From Bdellovibrionota bacterium (GTDB lineage Bacteria > Bdellovibrionota > UBA1018 > CAIPTA01 > JAALKR01): 64,000 nucleotides of DNA. A program made the position numbers and the translations under genes. The stretch spans positions 1,664,001 through 1,728,000 of the forward strand of contig CBDBMJ010000001.1 in assembly GCA_965207455.1 (NCBI GenBank), given 5' to 3'. This document shows, piece by piece, positions 27,901 through 37,734 of the stretch. Numbering within the stretch: position 1 is the first letter of the stretch; every line of letters begins with the position of its first letter. The notes below the pieces were generated by a model. That model saw only the letters and a program-made list of their open reading frames with translations, did no database searches and had not been told where the DNA came from.

Positions 27901-30819
27901 TTTATTGGTGGTCTCCAGTGCTTCCTCCTGTTCAGGACTAAATTGCTTGGGAGAGGGAGAGGCTTTAGGAGGAATTGCTGGCGGCTGTAAGGGAATTTGT
28001 GAAAAATTTCCAACAGAAAAGGAGGTGGGAGCAATGGTGTTTTCTCGAATACGGCAGGCTGGGCGAACGTAGCAAGTGGAGCATTTACTCCTGTCATCTG
28101 GTCGCACTCCATAATCACCCGAAAGTATGGCATCACTCCTGCTCAGGATCTCTTCCTGAGCTTTCTCTCGAGTCTCAAGGAAACGATCTTCTTCTAAAAG
28201 CGAACCTGCTCTTGGTCCTAATTTATAATAACTCAGTCCCGTGCTGTCTTTTGTTTTATTGTGCTTTTTTTGGAGTATACCTTGATTTCGTTGACCATCC
28301 TTCAAAGATAAATAGTAAGCCCCTACGCAAGACTTTTCCAAAGATTTCTCCATAGCATCCATATAAATAGGCAATTGCAAAACTTTGTGGGATAGAACGT
28401 CTCTAGTAGATGGCGTAGTGCTTAATTTATAGTCCACGATAATAATGTTTTTAGACTGGGAGTCCACATCTATTCTATCTATTTTTCCCTTTAAGGGAAT
28501 ATTATTAAGCATGATGGAAAAATTTTCTTCACAAAGATGGGTATCCAGTTGAGGATGCTCTTCCAAATAATCCAGCTCTTTTTGTAAAAAATTTAAAAAT
28601 TGATTTTCTAATCTCGAAAACTCCAGTTGGTAGAGATTTTCTCCTCCCTTGTAATATTGTAATTTTATATCTTTTTTTGCAGATTCAAGGCAAGCTTTAG
28701 CAAAATCCTTCCAATCTTTTTTTCCTTTTCCTTCCGGAAAAAATAACTCCAAAGCACGATGGAGTAGCATACCTGTCTCTATGGGAGATAAATCCAAGGT
28801 ACTATTTTTTATCTTGTCTTCTGCATACCAAGTTCTTTCCACCAAAGTGCGGAATGGACACTTTAACCAAGAGTCCAGTGTGGAAGGACTTAGCTGAGAG
28901 GGAACTGCATCGGGAAGGGAAAAATCCCTATCAACTACAGGTGGAAGAATTTTTGGAAAAAGAAAATCAGTGGCAGGCCAAGGATAGGCAACTGTGGGAA
29001 TTAATTTTAAAGCATACGTTAAACTTTGCTCCTTTCCCTTTTCATCCAAATGGGAATGGGAAAATATACCCTTTCCAGCGCTTGCATTTTGAAACCAATG
29101 GAGGAAATCTTGATCCTTATAATTAACTAGCCCCCATCCCGCAAGCAGCGTTCGATCTTTTTCTGGCGTTAGAAAATGGGACTGATCCTTTGGCTCCCAA
29201 GCATTTGTACAATTTAAGAACAGGCGTATCTCTTCCTTCGTTTGAGGAGGGAGCCACTCTCCAGGAGCAAAGCAGTGGTGGTTAGCGGAATAGGAACTAG
29301 GACTGTGATTCAAAGTTAAAATTTCCTGAAGCTCCTCTAACCATACCTCCAATGAAACTTCCGCCTTTGTTTCCGAAGAAAGCAAGTCCATACTGGAAAA
29401 TAGCGCCGTAAATGCATGGTGAACATTTTGTTCCTCCTCAGGAGGGTTTTGGATAAGCTCCGTGAGTGTTATATATCGATAGAAATTATGAAAGGCAGTG
29501 GTAAACTCAGTCGATGTTCCTTTCTCAGGAAAACAAGAACCTAAGGATTTTAATTCTTTTACAAAAGTAGATACAATGGGGAGCTTTTTTGTTTTCGCAA
29601 GATTCTCCCATTGATCCATACCCCGGATAATTCCACTTTCTAAAGCAAGGGGAGGGATTGTAAGAAAATCAGAGTTCTTTCGGGTCGTAGCCAGCAGGCG
29701 TGCAAAATCTAAAGCATTATCCACAAGATAGTTTTTTGTGAGAAGACAGAGGCTTTGAATAATCAATCGTAATAACTCGGATTCCAATATATTATTTACC
29801 GGCATTCCCAAGACGTGGGGGGTGTCCAACGTGGATAAAAATGCATCTTTCCGATTACCTGTGAAAAAATCTGGAGGAGAAATGATTTGTGCCACCTTAT
29901 CTTTTAAGAAATATGCGCTGGCTCTAGCTTCCTCCATAGGTGTTTGAGCAGATAGTAGGGAATAGGCTGCCTGCTTTGTTGGAGATGCTTGTTCAGTGGA
30001 GTGAATTTTCAAATCTACTCCATTGGCGTGGAGTAAGCTCAAGCTATGCAAGGTGGATCGACTCTCAAGCCCAGATAAATCACTAAGGACATGCTCTATT
30101 TCTTCCATGGAAGCAGCAAGAGGAAGGAACACAGCAGTGGACTTGGAAAGGGAGCGAATGAAATCTATTTCCAGTGGAGAGATTTTCTCAAACCCCAGTA
30201 AAAAAACACTCTGAGAAACACTGTGCTCTTTTATAATATCTAGGGCTGCGGGTAGGTCGCAATACCCGGTGTTTTTCAAACCCTTTTCCCATGCCAATAG
30301 GATTGTCCATAAATCTTTTTGAGTTTCTACTTTGGATCCGTCGGAAGTAATTTGATCGTATAGATTTTCCGTGAAAAACCCAGCCATTCGAAACTCATCT
30401 ATACAATCCAAAATTGTATGAAAAAATAATTGCTCCTTCCAAAGATTGGATATAGTGGGAAGTAGTCCCTGTCGATCCAGCTGTGTTAAAAGAATCCTAA
30501 GGTATTCTCTTTTTGTGGCAGTATGAATGGTGTGAAAAGGAAGTTCCTTATCCAAACAAATTTTTTGAGCCAAGTCTTTAATCCACTCATCCCATTGCCA
30601 AATCCTTTTTCCAAACAGTATGGGATCTTTTAATAATTTTTGATGGATATAGTGACTGCCGGCAGGTCCAATATGAGGACCAAGGCAAAGAGGTGCGTTC
30701 CTCTTTTCCAAAGTAGCGTGCTCATCCATAAAAACCCGCGCTTCTTGAAAAGCAACGGACCAATCCGCACCCGCAGGGAAAATATGAAGTCCCGGTTCTT
30801 TTTTAACTGTTGCGCTCAT
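24964..30819 (-). CDS. addBA: Fused AddB-AddA helicase-nuclease
   Basis: N-half: CPF...GKIDRID...VDYK...CxxCxxxxxC. C-half: ASAGSGKT, LVDEFQDTN, GDAKQSIYRFR, TIHGAKGLEF, LLYVATTRA, GTVDR...ADYK. Confidence 0.88.
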   Translation of the reverse strand: MSATVKKEPGLHIFPAGADWSVAFQEARVFMDEHATLEKRNAPLCLGPHIGPAGSHYIHQKLLKDPILFGKRIWQWDEWIKDLAQKICLDKELPFHTIHTATKREYLRILLTQLDRQGLLPTISNLWKEQLFFHTILDCIDEFRMAGFFTENLYDQITSDGSKVETQKDLWTILLAWEKGLKNTGYCDLPAALDIIKEHSVSQSVFLLGFEKISPLEIDFIRSLSKSTAVFLPLAASMEEIEHVLSDLSGLESRSTLHSLSLLHANGVDLKIHSTEQASPTKQAAYSLLSAQTPMEEARASAYFLKDKVAQIISPPDFFTGNRKDAFLSTLDTPHVLGMPVNNILESELLRLIIQSLCLLTKNYLVDNALDFARLLATTRKNSDFLTIPPLALESGIIRGMDQWENLAKTKKLPIVSTFVKELKSLGSCFPEKGTSTEFTTAFHNFYRYITLTELIQNPPEEEQNVHHAFTALFSSMDLLSSETKAEVSLEVWLEELQEILTLNHSPSSYSANHHCFAPGEWLPPQTKEEIRLFLNCTNAWEPKDQSHFLTPEKDRTLLAGWGLVNYKDQDFLHWFQNASAGKGIFSHSHLDEKGKEQSLTYALKLIPTVAYPWPATDFLFPKILPPVVDRDFSLPDAVPSQLSPSTLDSWLKCPFRTLVERTWYAEDKIKNSTLDLSPIETGMLLHRALELFFPEGKGKKDWKDFAKACLESAKKDIKLQYYKGGENLYQLEFSRLENQFLNFLQKELDYLEEHPQLDTHLCEENFSIMLNNIPLKGKIDRIDVDSQSKNIIIVDYKLSTTPSTRDVLSHKVLQLPIYMDAMEKSLEKSCVGAYYLSLKDGQRNQGILQKKHNKTKDSTGLSYYKLGPRAGSLLEEDRFLETREKAQEEILSRSDAILSGDYGVRPDDRSKCSTCYVRPACRIRENTIAPTSFSVGNFSQIPLQPPAIPPKASPSPKQFSPEQEEALETTNKLVFLEASAGSGKTTILIERYQRTLEALEKKTNLHTAVNQILALSFTEKSAKEIRARVSELLSEKYNPSIVSAALKNISTIHGFNRKILQEFHHMPFAEILSETEERNLREEAIVELFTQPELSHTLTPLTKAHYSRKNLEDILRNLLEKRSLLDFDRKIHDLSSEIESEHKSIINNILLLFDEFCRIFDQLKTKPARMDKNDLERLAHNCLKNIECRNFYQKKYKSILVDEFQDTNSVQRSLLESIAQPGLKNIFVVGDAKQSIYRFRAADVSVFQNLKKTALQKGIVRSLNTNYRSQENIVSFGNILCKSIFSSENEEKKFEAQASEISAHHKPLDPVYLLTYEGGNAQEKKEKEGEILCKLIKKLHAQGKNLASIAILFQRLKGNEAYTKALEKENIPFVMGSQGSLFHRQSIIDGISLLRVLYSPSNTLAFLALLRSPWCQLNATEIHSHIKRPPWEVLKEIQPWLFELQQKSLYEKPSTILQIAYKKYPQMEYFNHRSQVEKLISLIENLEKNTSSPSKLLEQISSYTGWGREDDAQRESTIPEITGMGDAVQIFTIHGAKGLEFPITILPDLDTSIRMESSIVRYEPGVALAVKVREHGGEFSMPESYKNLGAEIKERDIAEKKRLLYVATTRAEKELYCILPPLPPPSKAGKTKDSWSAWLHGTDFKDSARKIPAEEFLKEKLSFSRETLDHEITEEPILEAPPTFEAYTTTELASYIFCPEFHRLKFIQGWSHKALSFWEASVPKQSPSLSGIFKILGVTNKIRGIAIHKVLEQTTKPCEKTWEQWLEQSYGSQGIPCIPELKELIRLDIVLLTQFMDSELGRKLFSPQYDSFPEIPFLWKRGSQQVKGTVDRIVRLSPKEWIIADYKVTEQKASRQYTFQMQGYMEALAQYLEQQKEKNVSIQGYIVNLLTGTLESISRSKEWGIEEQQAIREQRKAPSLRQFPKDTQACTDCPYISYCPTGRNFMLNFS

Positions 30820-31279
30820 AAAGAAAGTTCGTGTAGCTTGGGGAGCCGGTAATTTTCTCTTCCTCTACCTTGGAAAAATCTCCCATGGGGAACTCAGGGA
30901 AAATAGCATCGCCATTCACTTCCATATCAATAATAGTGAGATAAATACGCTCGGCCCTGGGCAGAGCCTCTCGGTATAATTGCTCTCCTCCTCCGATAAA
31001 AATTTCCTTTTCCGATGGAGAGGAAAGCTCCAATGCCTGGCTAAGGCTGGAAGCTAGTTCACACCCCGGAGCTTCATAATTGGCATTGCGAGTAACGATA
31101 ATATTCCTTCGATGAGGAAGGGGACGACCAATGGACTCGTATGTTTTTCGTCCCCAAATAATCGTATGGTGAAGAGTGATTTTGCGAAATCGCGCTTGCT
31201 CCTCAGGAATATGCCAAGGAATGGTATTTCCCTTTCCAATAGTGCGATTTTTAGCCATGGCTACAATTAAAGAAATCAT
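30803..31279 (-). CDS. folA: Dihydrofolate reductase
   Basis: LIVAM..N..IG...IPW, GRKTYES..RPLP.R.N, IGGGEQLY, GDA.FP. Confidence 0.97.
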   Translation of the reverse strand: MISLIVAMAKNRTIGKGNTIPWHIPEEQARFRKITLHHTIIWGRKTYESIGRPLPHRRNIIVTRNANYEAPGCELASSLSQALELSSPSEKEIFIGGGEQLYREALPRAERIYLTIIDMEVNGDAIFPEFPMGDFSKVEEEKITGSPSYTNFLYERNS

Positions 31280-32307
31280 TATACCTGCTCCATTAGTGTA
31301 AAAGAAATACCTCGAGCCTTCACCAATATTTCGCCCGGATTAGCACTTACTTCTCCACATAAATACGCCTTTCTATTTAATTTTTCAAACGATTGTATTA
31401 TTTCTGAGGCATGGGATGGGCTTACTGCAATCACCATACCCACTCCCATATTAAACGTGGAATATAATTCTTCAGAAGATATTTTAGCGCGCTCACTAAG
31501 GGTTGTGAAAATTCCGGGCAGTGGTGGTAGGGAATGAAATTCATAGCCAACCTTGGTGTTCATCCGTCGTATATTATGAAAGCCAGAGCCGGTGATATGG
31601 GCCAGCCCTTTTATCTTCCCTTTATGGGCTTTTTGAACCTCTACTATTTCTTTTACATAGAGTGTGGTTGGGGTGAGGCACTCCTTCAAAAGCTTTGTCT
31701 CCGATGAGTCGATAAGTTTTCGAACGAGGGAAAAACCGTTGGAGTGCAAACCACTGGAAGGCAAACAAATAAGAGCGTCTTTGGGCTGGATGGTTTTGCC
31801 TGTAATTAATTCTTTTTCCTGTACCTCTCCCACACAAAACCCAGATATGTCGTATTCATTTTTAGGAAAGCAATTGGGATGCTCTGCTGTTTCACCACCA
31901 ATAAGTGCCATGCCCGTGTCCAGGCACCCCTGACTAATCCCTTTTATAATATCCGTTTGGATGGGTATATCTAACGACTCACAAAGAATATAATCTAAAA
32001 AAAACAAGGGACGTGCACCAGTGCAAATAATATCATTTGCACACATGGCTACCAAGTCTATTCCAATGGTATGGTGGGTTTGGAGCATTTGTGCAATTTT
32101 TATTTTTGTGCCCACACCGTCCGTACTTGCTGCTAATAAATTCCCGTTACCTCGAGAATAAAGAGCAGCGTACCCTCCCACACCTGTATATACTTCTTTT
32201 GTATAGGTACTCTGAATAAGCGGCAGAACTTTTTGAATAAAGTGCTCCCCTTTTTTCCAATCCACTCCTGAATCTTTATAGGTGCCCATATATTTTTTCC
32301 CGCTCAT
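31279..32307 (-). CDS. purM: AIR synthetase
   Basis: TYKDSGVD, STDGVGTK, GGETAEHP, SSGLHSNGFS, TFNMGVG; start overlaps the purH stop (TAATG). Confidence 0.97.
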   Translation of the reverse strand: MSGKKYMGTYKDSGVDWKKGEHFIQKVLPLIQSTYTKEVYTGVGGYAALYSRGNGNLLAASTDGVGTKIKIAQMLQTHHTIGIDLVAMCANDIICTGARPLFFLDYILCESLDIPIQTDIIKGISQGCLDTGMALIGGETAEHPNCFPKNEYDISGFCVGEVQEKELITGKTIQPKDALICLPSSGLHSNGFSLVRKLIDSSETKLLKECLTPTTLYVKEIVEVQKAHKGKIKGLAHITGSGFHNIRRMNTKVGYEFHSLPPLPGIFTTLSERAKISSEELYSTFNMGVGMVIAVSPSHASEIIQSFEKLNRKAYLCGEVSANPGEILVKARGISFTLMEQV

Positions 32308-33857
32308 TAGTGACGGAAATGTCTCCTTCCCGTAAATGCCATTGCAATTTTGTGCTGGTTGCAAGCCTCAATAATTTCTTGATCGCGAATACTGCCCCCG
32401 GGCTGCACAATGCGCTGGATACCCAGCCTTGCAGCACTTTCTATAATATCCGTGAAAGGAAAGAAGGCGTCCGAGGCTAGGAGTATCTCTTTGAAATTTT
32501 TCCCCTTGGCGCGAAACCCTGCCAGTAACTCTAAACTATCTATACGATTGGGCTGACCCATTCCTGCGCCCACAAGTTGCATACTGTCCTTATTTTTCTC
32601 CACTAATGCAATAGCATTACTTTTAAGGTGCTTGGCTGCCATCACTCCAAACTGAGCCAGATGGGTGGCGTCGAAACGAGCCTCTGTTACACTTTTAAAA
32701 TCTTCTTCCACATACAGGTCTTCATCCTGAATAAGAACACCACCCAAAATGGAGCGGATCATTTTTTCTTTTTCACCTGCAGGGCTGGAACACAATAAAA
32801 TTCTAAGGTTTTTCTTTTTTGTAAATAGTTTCATTGCCTCTGGATCGATGGAAGGAGCAACCAGCACTTCGATAAATTTATCCTTTAGCCATTGGGCCAT
32901 GTGGAAATTAATTTCCTGAGTGGAACAAATCACACTGCCAAAGGCACTGATGGGATCCCCTGCCCATGCCAGCTCCAGCGCTTTTTCTCCCGACGGAGCA
33001 ACCGCCAATCCACATGGATTTAAATGCTTAATCACTGCCACCGCTGCACCAGTTTTTTGATTGGCCATAAGAGCATCATGAGCTGCACGGTAAGCAACAT
33101 CTGCATCAATAATATTATTATAGGACAGGGGTTTTCCTTGAATAATGTCTGCAGAGACAAGAGAGCTATTGCCCAACCATGGGCAACGGTAATGGACAGC
33201 TTCTTGATGGGGATTTTCTCCATAGCGTAGAGTTTTTCCCTGGAAAAACGGAAGCCACATAGATTTTTCTTTTGAGTAGCGCTTACTCATTTCTTGGGCA
33301 ATGATAACTTCATAGTCGGCAGTATGCTTAAACGCTTGGGCACTAAGTTTTCTTCGTGAGTCCAGACCCATACAGCTTTTATTTTCTTCCATCTCTCTCA
33401 TGCATTCCCCATATTGAGAGGGAGAGGTGAGCACGGAGATAAAGTTCTTCGCTGCTGCTCGCACCATGGTGGGTCCACCAATATCTATATTTTTTATAAA
33501 TAGATTTTCCTCCTCATCCATTGTGCTCTGGAAGGGATAGAAATTGCATACCAAGAGATCGATGGGTTCAATGTTGAGCTCCTGGGCCTGTGCCTCATCC
33601 TTTTCGTTACCACGCTGAAAAAGTAAGGCACTAATGGTTTGGAAGCTAATGGTTTTCATTCTTCCCTGAAAAGCCTCAGGGTTTCCAGTGATCTTCTCTA
33701 TGGGAGTCACGGGTATTTTATCTTCTGCTAACGCCTTGGCTGTACCTCCAGTGGATATGATTTCCACACCTGCGTTCACTAAAAATTTCCCCAATTTCTT
33801 AATGCCCGTTTTATCGGACACACTAAGTAGAGCTCGTTTTATTTCTCGATGTTCCAT
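32307..33857 (-). CDS. purH: Bifunctional AICAR transformylase/IMP cyclohydrolase
   Basis: ALLSVSDKTG, STGGT, IDIGGP, LRYGENPHQ, ASDAFFPF, RHFRH. Confidence 0.97.
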   Translation of the reverse strand: MEHREIKRALLSVSDKTGIKKLGKFLVNAGVEIISTGGTAKALAEDKIPVTPIEKITGNPEAFQGRMKTISFQTISALLFQRGNEKDEAQAQELNIEPIDLLVCNFYPFQSTMDEEENLFIKNIDIGGPTMVRAAAKNFISVLTSPSQYGECMREMEENKSCMGLDSRRKLSAQAFKHTADYEVIIAQEMSKRYSKEKSMWLPFFQGKTLRYGENPHQEAVHYRCPWLGNSSLVSADIIQGKPLSYNNIIDADVAYRAAHDALMANQKTGAAVAVIKHLNPCGLAVAPSGEKALELAWAGDPISAFGSVICSTQEINFHMAQWLKDKFIEVLVAPSIDPEAMKLFTKKKNLRILLCSSPAGEKEKMIRSILGGVLIQDEDLYVEEDFKSVTEARFDATHLAQFGVMAAKHLKSNAIALVEKNKDSMQLVGAGMGQPNRIDSLELLAGFRAKGKNFKEILLASDAFFPFTDIIESAARLGIQRIVQPGGSIRDQEIIEACNQHKIAMAFTGRRHFRH

Positions 33858-34616
33858 TTATTTTCCCTTTACGTATTCTATGCAGGATTCAAAAAATAAT
33901 AAGCCAATGCCAGGAGAAGTGCGATCTTTTTCTACCAAAGAGGACGATTGGGGATAAAGCAGTTGGGAACAGGCCGCTTCGGGGTGTGGCATCAGACCAA
34001 AAACAATCCCCTTAGGGTCGCAAATTCCCGCAATTCTGCCAAAAGAACCATTTACGTCCGTTGTGTAGCGCAGAGGAATTTGTCCATTTTGACTGAGGTT
34101 GTTGTGGATTTTTGGTCCCTCATGGAACGGAAAAACCACCCTTCCCTCTCCATGGCGTATGGGGAGTTGAATAGTTTTTTGAAGTTTTTTTGTCCATATA
34201 CAGGGAGATTGATCTTGCACTGCTAGCTCCACCCAAGAATTTATAAACTCTCCTGAATGATTTTTTGTCAAGGCTAGGGTTCGTTTTTCAAAGGGGTACG
34301 GCAGGAGACCCATTCGCGCAAGAGCTTGAAATCCGTTGCAAATGCCAATGATGGGTTTTTCCTTCTCCAGAAATATTTTTAATTCTTCTTGAAGACGAGC
34401 TTGGAGTTTTATGGCTAATGCTTGACCACTACCCAAGTCGTCTCCAAAGGAAAACCCGCCGGGAAGGGCTAGTATTTGGGCGCGCTCCAAGTGCTTGGGA
34501 GAAAGATCGTTGACGTGGATTATTTTCACGTCGGCATTGGCCAGATTAAAGGCCTGTGCTGTTTCTCGCTCACAATTAATTCCATCACCACAAAGGATAA
34601 GGGCGTTAGGCTTCAT
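33858..34616 (-). CDS. purQ: FGAM synthase glutaminase subunit
   Basis: GINCE.E, GGFSFGD, GICNGFQ, HGEG, MPHPE. Confidence 0.96.
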   Translation of the reverse strand: MKPNALILCGDGINCERETAQAFNLANADVKIIHVNDLSPKHLERAQILALPGGFSFGDDLGSGQALAIKLQARLQEELKIFLEKEKPIIGICNGFQALARMGLLPYPFEKRTLALTKNHSGEFINSWVELAVQDQSPCIWTKKLQKTIQLPIRHGEGRVVFPFHEGPKIHNNLSQNGQIPLRYTTDVNGSFGRIAGICDPKGIVFGLMPHPEAACSQLLYPQSSSLVEKDRTSPGIGLLFFESCIEYVKGK

Positions 34617-37600
34617 AGTCACCGGGCAGTCCTTTCCATGCATTTTTAAGTTTTTCTAAAGGAGCATCAAGAATAACCAAAGAGGTATTACAAATTCTTA
34701 AAATTTCCGCTTCTGTGGTAGTGCCAAAAGCAACACAAGGAATTGCCTCGAAGTGTTTTTCAAAGGATTCTTTATTTTCCGGCGACACACTCACGATAAA
34801 ACGACCAGAACTCTCATTATAAAAAAACTCTGAAATACTTAGTGATTCCAAGATTTCTCTACATTCATCTAGTTCTGCTCGTACACCTAACTCTCCTCCA
34901 ATGGCACTTTCCGCAAGAGCCACAAGAAGTCCTCCCTCGGAACAGTCATGACAGGAATTTAATAAACTTTTCTCCATAGCCGAGTGTAGTTTTTTATAGA
35001 CATCCCTATTCAGGGTCGGATGGATGGGAGGAAGTTCATTTCTATAAAAATCCTTAGGTAGTTTAAAAATTTCTTTCAACATGGATCCTCCCAGGTGTCT
35101 GTGGTTTGTTCCTAGAATGAAAATTAAATCGCCAGGATTTTTGAAATCGCTGGTAACGGTTTTGCTCACATTTTCTACCTTGGCTACCGCTGTGATCAAT
35201 ACGGTGGGAGGAACGGATATTTTTATTTCTTTGGAGAATCGACTGTAACCCACATAATCGTTTTTCATACTGTCTTTGCCACTAATAAAGGGAGTGCCAT
35301 AGATGCAAGCAGCATCATAGAGTCCATTACAAGCCCGTACCAGTTGGGCTAATTTGTGGGCAGCATCGGGATTATTCGACGATGGTAACGGGTCAGGCCA
35401 GCAAAAGTTATCAATCAATGCTATTTGATCTGGGTTTCCGCCAACAGAAACACAATTACGAATAGCCTCATCCAATGCATATTGGGCCATGGTATAAGTA
35501 TCATACGAAGAGTACTTGGGAGCTAAACCGCAACCAATACTAATACCGCCCATCTTTTCTCCCCCATGTGGAGCCATCCAAATCACAGCTGCGTCGCCCG
35601 GTCCCGTTCCGTTCTTACCTAAAAAAGGTTTAACGAGAGTTGCTGCTTGCACCTCATGGTCGTACCTACGAACGAGATCTTCTTTGCTCCTCACAGTCCA
35701 GTCACTTAAAATTTTATATAGGGCTTTCTCGAGAAAAAACCTGGAGTTGAGCTCCTGTTTTGAGACAAGAGACTTAGGGTTTCTATGGAATGGAGAAAAC
35801 TCTTTCCTAGGACCCTCCCACCTTGCATGGAGCTTCATCTTGGGCAGACCGTGGTGGAGAAAATCCATTTCAAGGAGTGCCACTGTTTTTTCTTTATACT
35901 TCACTCGAAAGAAACCGTCGTTAGAAAAGTGCCCTAAATCGGTGGCTATCACATTTCGTTTTTTTGCCAAGTCCATAAAGGCAGCTAACTTTTCTTCGGG
36001 TACAGCAAAAGTCATTCTTTCCTGACTTTCACTGATCACAAGCTCAAAGGGAGAAAGGCCGGGATATTTTACGGGAGCAAGAGCTACATCTATGGTGGCA
36101 CCATTGGTTACGGTTGCCATTTCACCCACACTGGAACTCAAGCCACCTGCGCCGTTGTCCGTAATGTTGGAAAACAACTCCCTATCTCTTGCCTCTAGGA
36201 GGAAATCAGCTAAGCGCTTTTGGGTGATGGGATCTCCAATTTGCACCGCAGTTGCCGGAGCGTTTCGATTTAATTTCATGGAACTAAAGGTGGCTCCATG
36301 AATTCCATCTTTTCCTATACAGCCTCCAGCCATGACAATACGGTCGCCCACCTTATGAGATTTTTGGCTGGTGGGAGTGCCGCTATTTGTTTCTTGGGGG
36401 ATTACCCCAATCGTTCCGCAAAAAACCAAGGGCTTGCCAGAAAAGTTTTTATGAAATGAAAAAGCACCATTAACGGTGGGAATACCACTCTTGTTTCCAC
36501 CATCCGCCACCCCACGGTGCACACCTTCTAAAATATTTCTAGGGTGTTTTAGACCAGAGGGAAGTTCTTTTCTGTTTTTAGGCCAATCCGGCGGCGCTAG
36601 ACAAAATACGTTAGTATTGGCAATGGGCCTTGCACCTAAACCACATCCCAATATATCTCGGTTTACACCAACAATACCTGTGAGAGCACCACCGTAAGGA
36701 TCGAGAGCCGATGGGCTGTTATGGGTTTCCACTTTTACACAAATGTCCACAAAAGGATCAAAGCGTACAATCCCCGCATTGTCCGAAAAGACGGAAATGA
36801 GCCAGTCCAGTTGACGGTCCTTTTTAATTTTCGCTGTGGCTCCTTGAATATATGTGTGGTAAAGGCTGTGAATTTTCTTATCAGACAGAGAAACATAGGA
36901 GGATTCTTCACTCTCACTGTATTCAATTTCTGCGGAAAAAATTTTATGCTTGCAATGCTCACTCCATGTTTGAGCAAGAATTTCCATTTCCACATCAGTG
37001 GGGTTGGAAGAAATATCTTCTGATTTTCTCAGGGAGGTGATTTTCTCTTTGTCGAAATAATTCCTGATTCCTTTTAACTCTTCTATGGAAAGCGCCCAAC
37101 AGTTTTTTTTGTTTAATCGTTTTAGTCTATAGTCCTCTAAGTGCAGATCCATTTCATATATTTTTGGGTTACTTTCCAATTTCACTTCCGGCACCAAAAC
37201 TTCGGAAAATCGGTTATTCGTCTGAAGCTCGTTGAAACTTAAAACAACTATTTTTTGAATTAAAGAATTTCCCAATAACTCATGACCAATGGTTTCTGCT
37301 TGAGCTCTGGATAAATTTCCATACAAAAGGGTAAGGGTGCTGGAGTATACTTTTATCTCATTTTTTTTCGCAAAATCACTGTAAATGGATAAGATTTCTG
37401 TGGCACTGTTGCCCACATTGTCCGTTACTCCCGGCTTGAAGGAAACCTCTATTCCAAAGCAAGGCTTAAGATCGCTGACCTCTGTAGAGAAAAAATCCTC
37501 AACCTGTAGAATACTGGTTTGGATAATAGAGTCTGAGAAAATGTGCTCGCTCCAATCCTTAATATCGTCCCTAGGAATATTTACATTTGTTCTGGAGTGC

Positions 37601-37734
37601 ATGCGATAGACTTGTATTTCTTCAGAACCCAACACAGGAAGTTCCAGAAAACCACGCGCCCCCTTGGCAACACAATGATCTCGTAAATTACTTTCCCGGG
37701 TGCTTACCTCTATACGAGCAAAAGGGCTATCCAT
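34606..37734 (-). CDS. purL: FGAM synthase PurL with an N-terminal PurS-like extension
   Basis: KPGVTDNVG, QTWSEHCKHK, ETHNSPS, DNGAGGLSSS, SESQERM, SGKDS, HDCSEGG. Confidence 0.96.
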   Translation of the reverse strand: MDSPFARIEVSTRESNLRDHCVAKGARGFLELPVLGSEEIQVYRMHSRTNVNIPRDDIKDWSEHIFSDSIIQTSILQVEDFFSTEVSDLKPCFGIEVSFKPGVTDNVGNSATEILSIYSDFAKKNEIKVYSSTLTLLYGNLSRAQAETIGHELLGNSLIQKIVVLSFNELQTNNRFSEVLVPEVKLESNPKIYEMDLHLEDYRLKRLNKKNCWALSIEELKGIRNYFDKEKITSLRKSEDISSNPTDVEMEILAQTWSEHCKHKIFSAEIEYSESEESSYVSLSDKKIHSLYHTYIQGATAKIKKDRQLDWLISVFSDNAGIVRFDPFVDICVKVETHNSPSALDPYGGALTGIVGVNRDILGCGLGARPIANTNVFCLAPPDWPKNRKELPSGLKHPRNILEGVHRGVADGGNKSGIPTVNGAFSFHKNFSGKPLVFCGTIGVIPQETNSGTPTSQKSHKVGDRIVMAGGCIGKDGIHGATFSSMKLNRNAPATAVQIGDPITQKRLADFLLEARDRELFSNITDNGAGGLSSSVGEMATVTNGATIDVALAPVKYPGLSPFELVISESQERMTFAVPEEKLAAFMDLAKKRNVIATDLGHFSNDGFFRVKYKEKTVALLEMDFLHHGLPKMKLHARWEGPRKEFSPFHRNPKSLVSKQELNSRFFLEKALYKILSDWTVRSKEDLVRRYDHEVQAATLVKPFLGKNGTGPGDAAVIWMAPHGGEKMGGISIGCGLAPKYSSYDTYTMAQYALDEAIRNCVSVGGNPDQIALIDNFCWPDPLPSSNNPDAAHKLAQLVRACNGLYDAACIYGTPFISGKDSMKNDYVGYSRFSKEIKISVPPTVLITAVAKVENVSKTVTSDFKNPGDLIFILGTNHRHLGGSMLKEIFKLPKDFYRNELPPIHPTLNRDVYKKLHSAMEKSLLNSCHDCSEGGLLVALAESAIGGELGVRAELDECREILESLSISEFFYNESSGRFIVSVSPENKESFEKHFEAIPCVAFGTTTEAEILRICNTSLVILDAPLEKLKNAWKGLPGDYEA

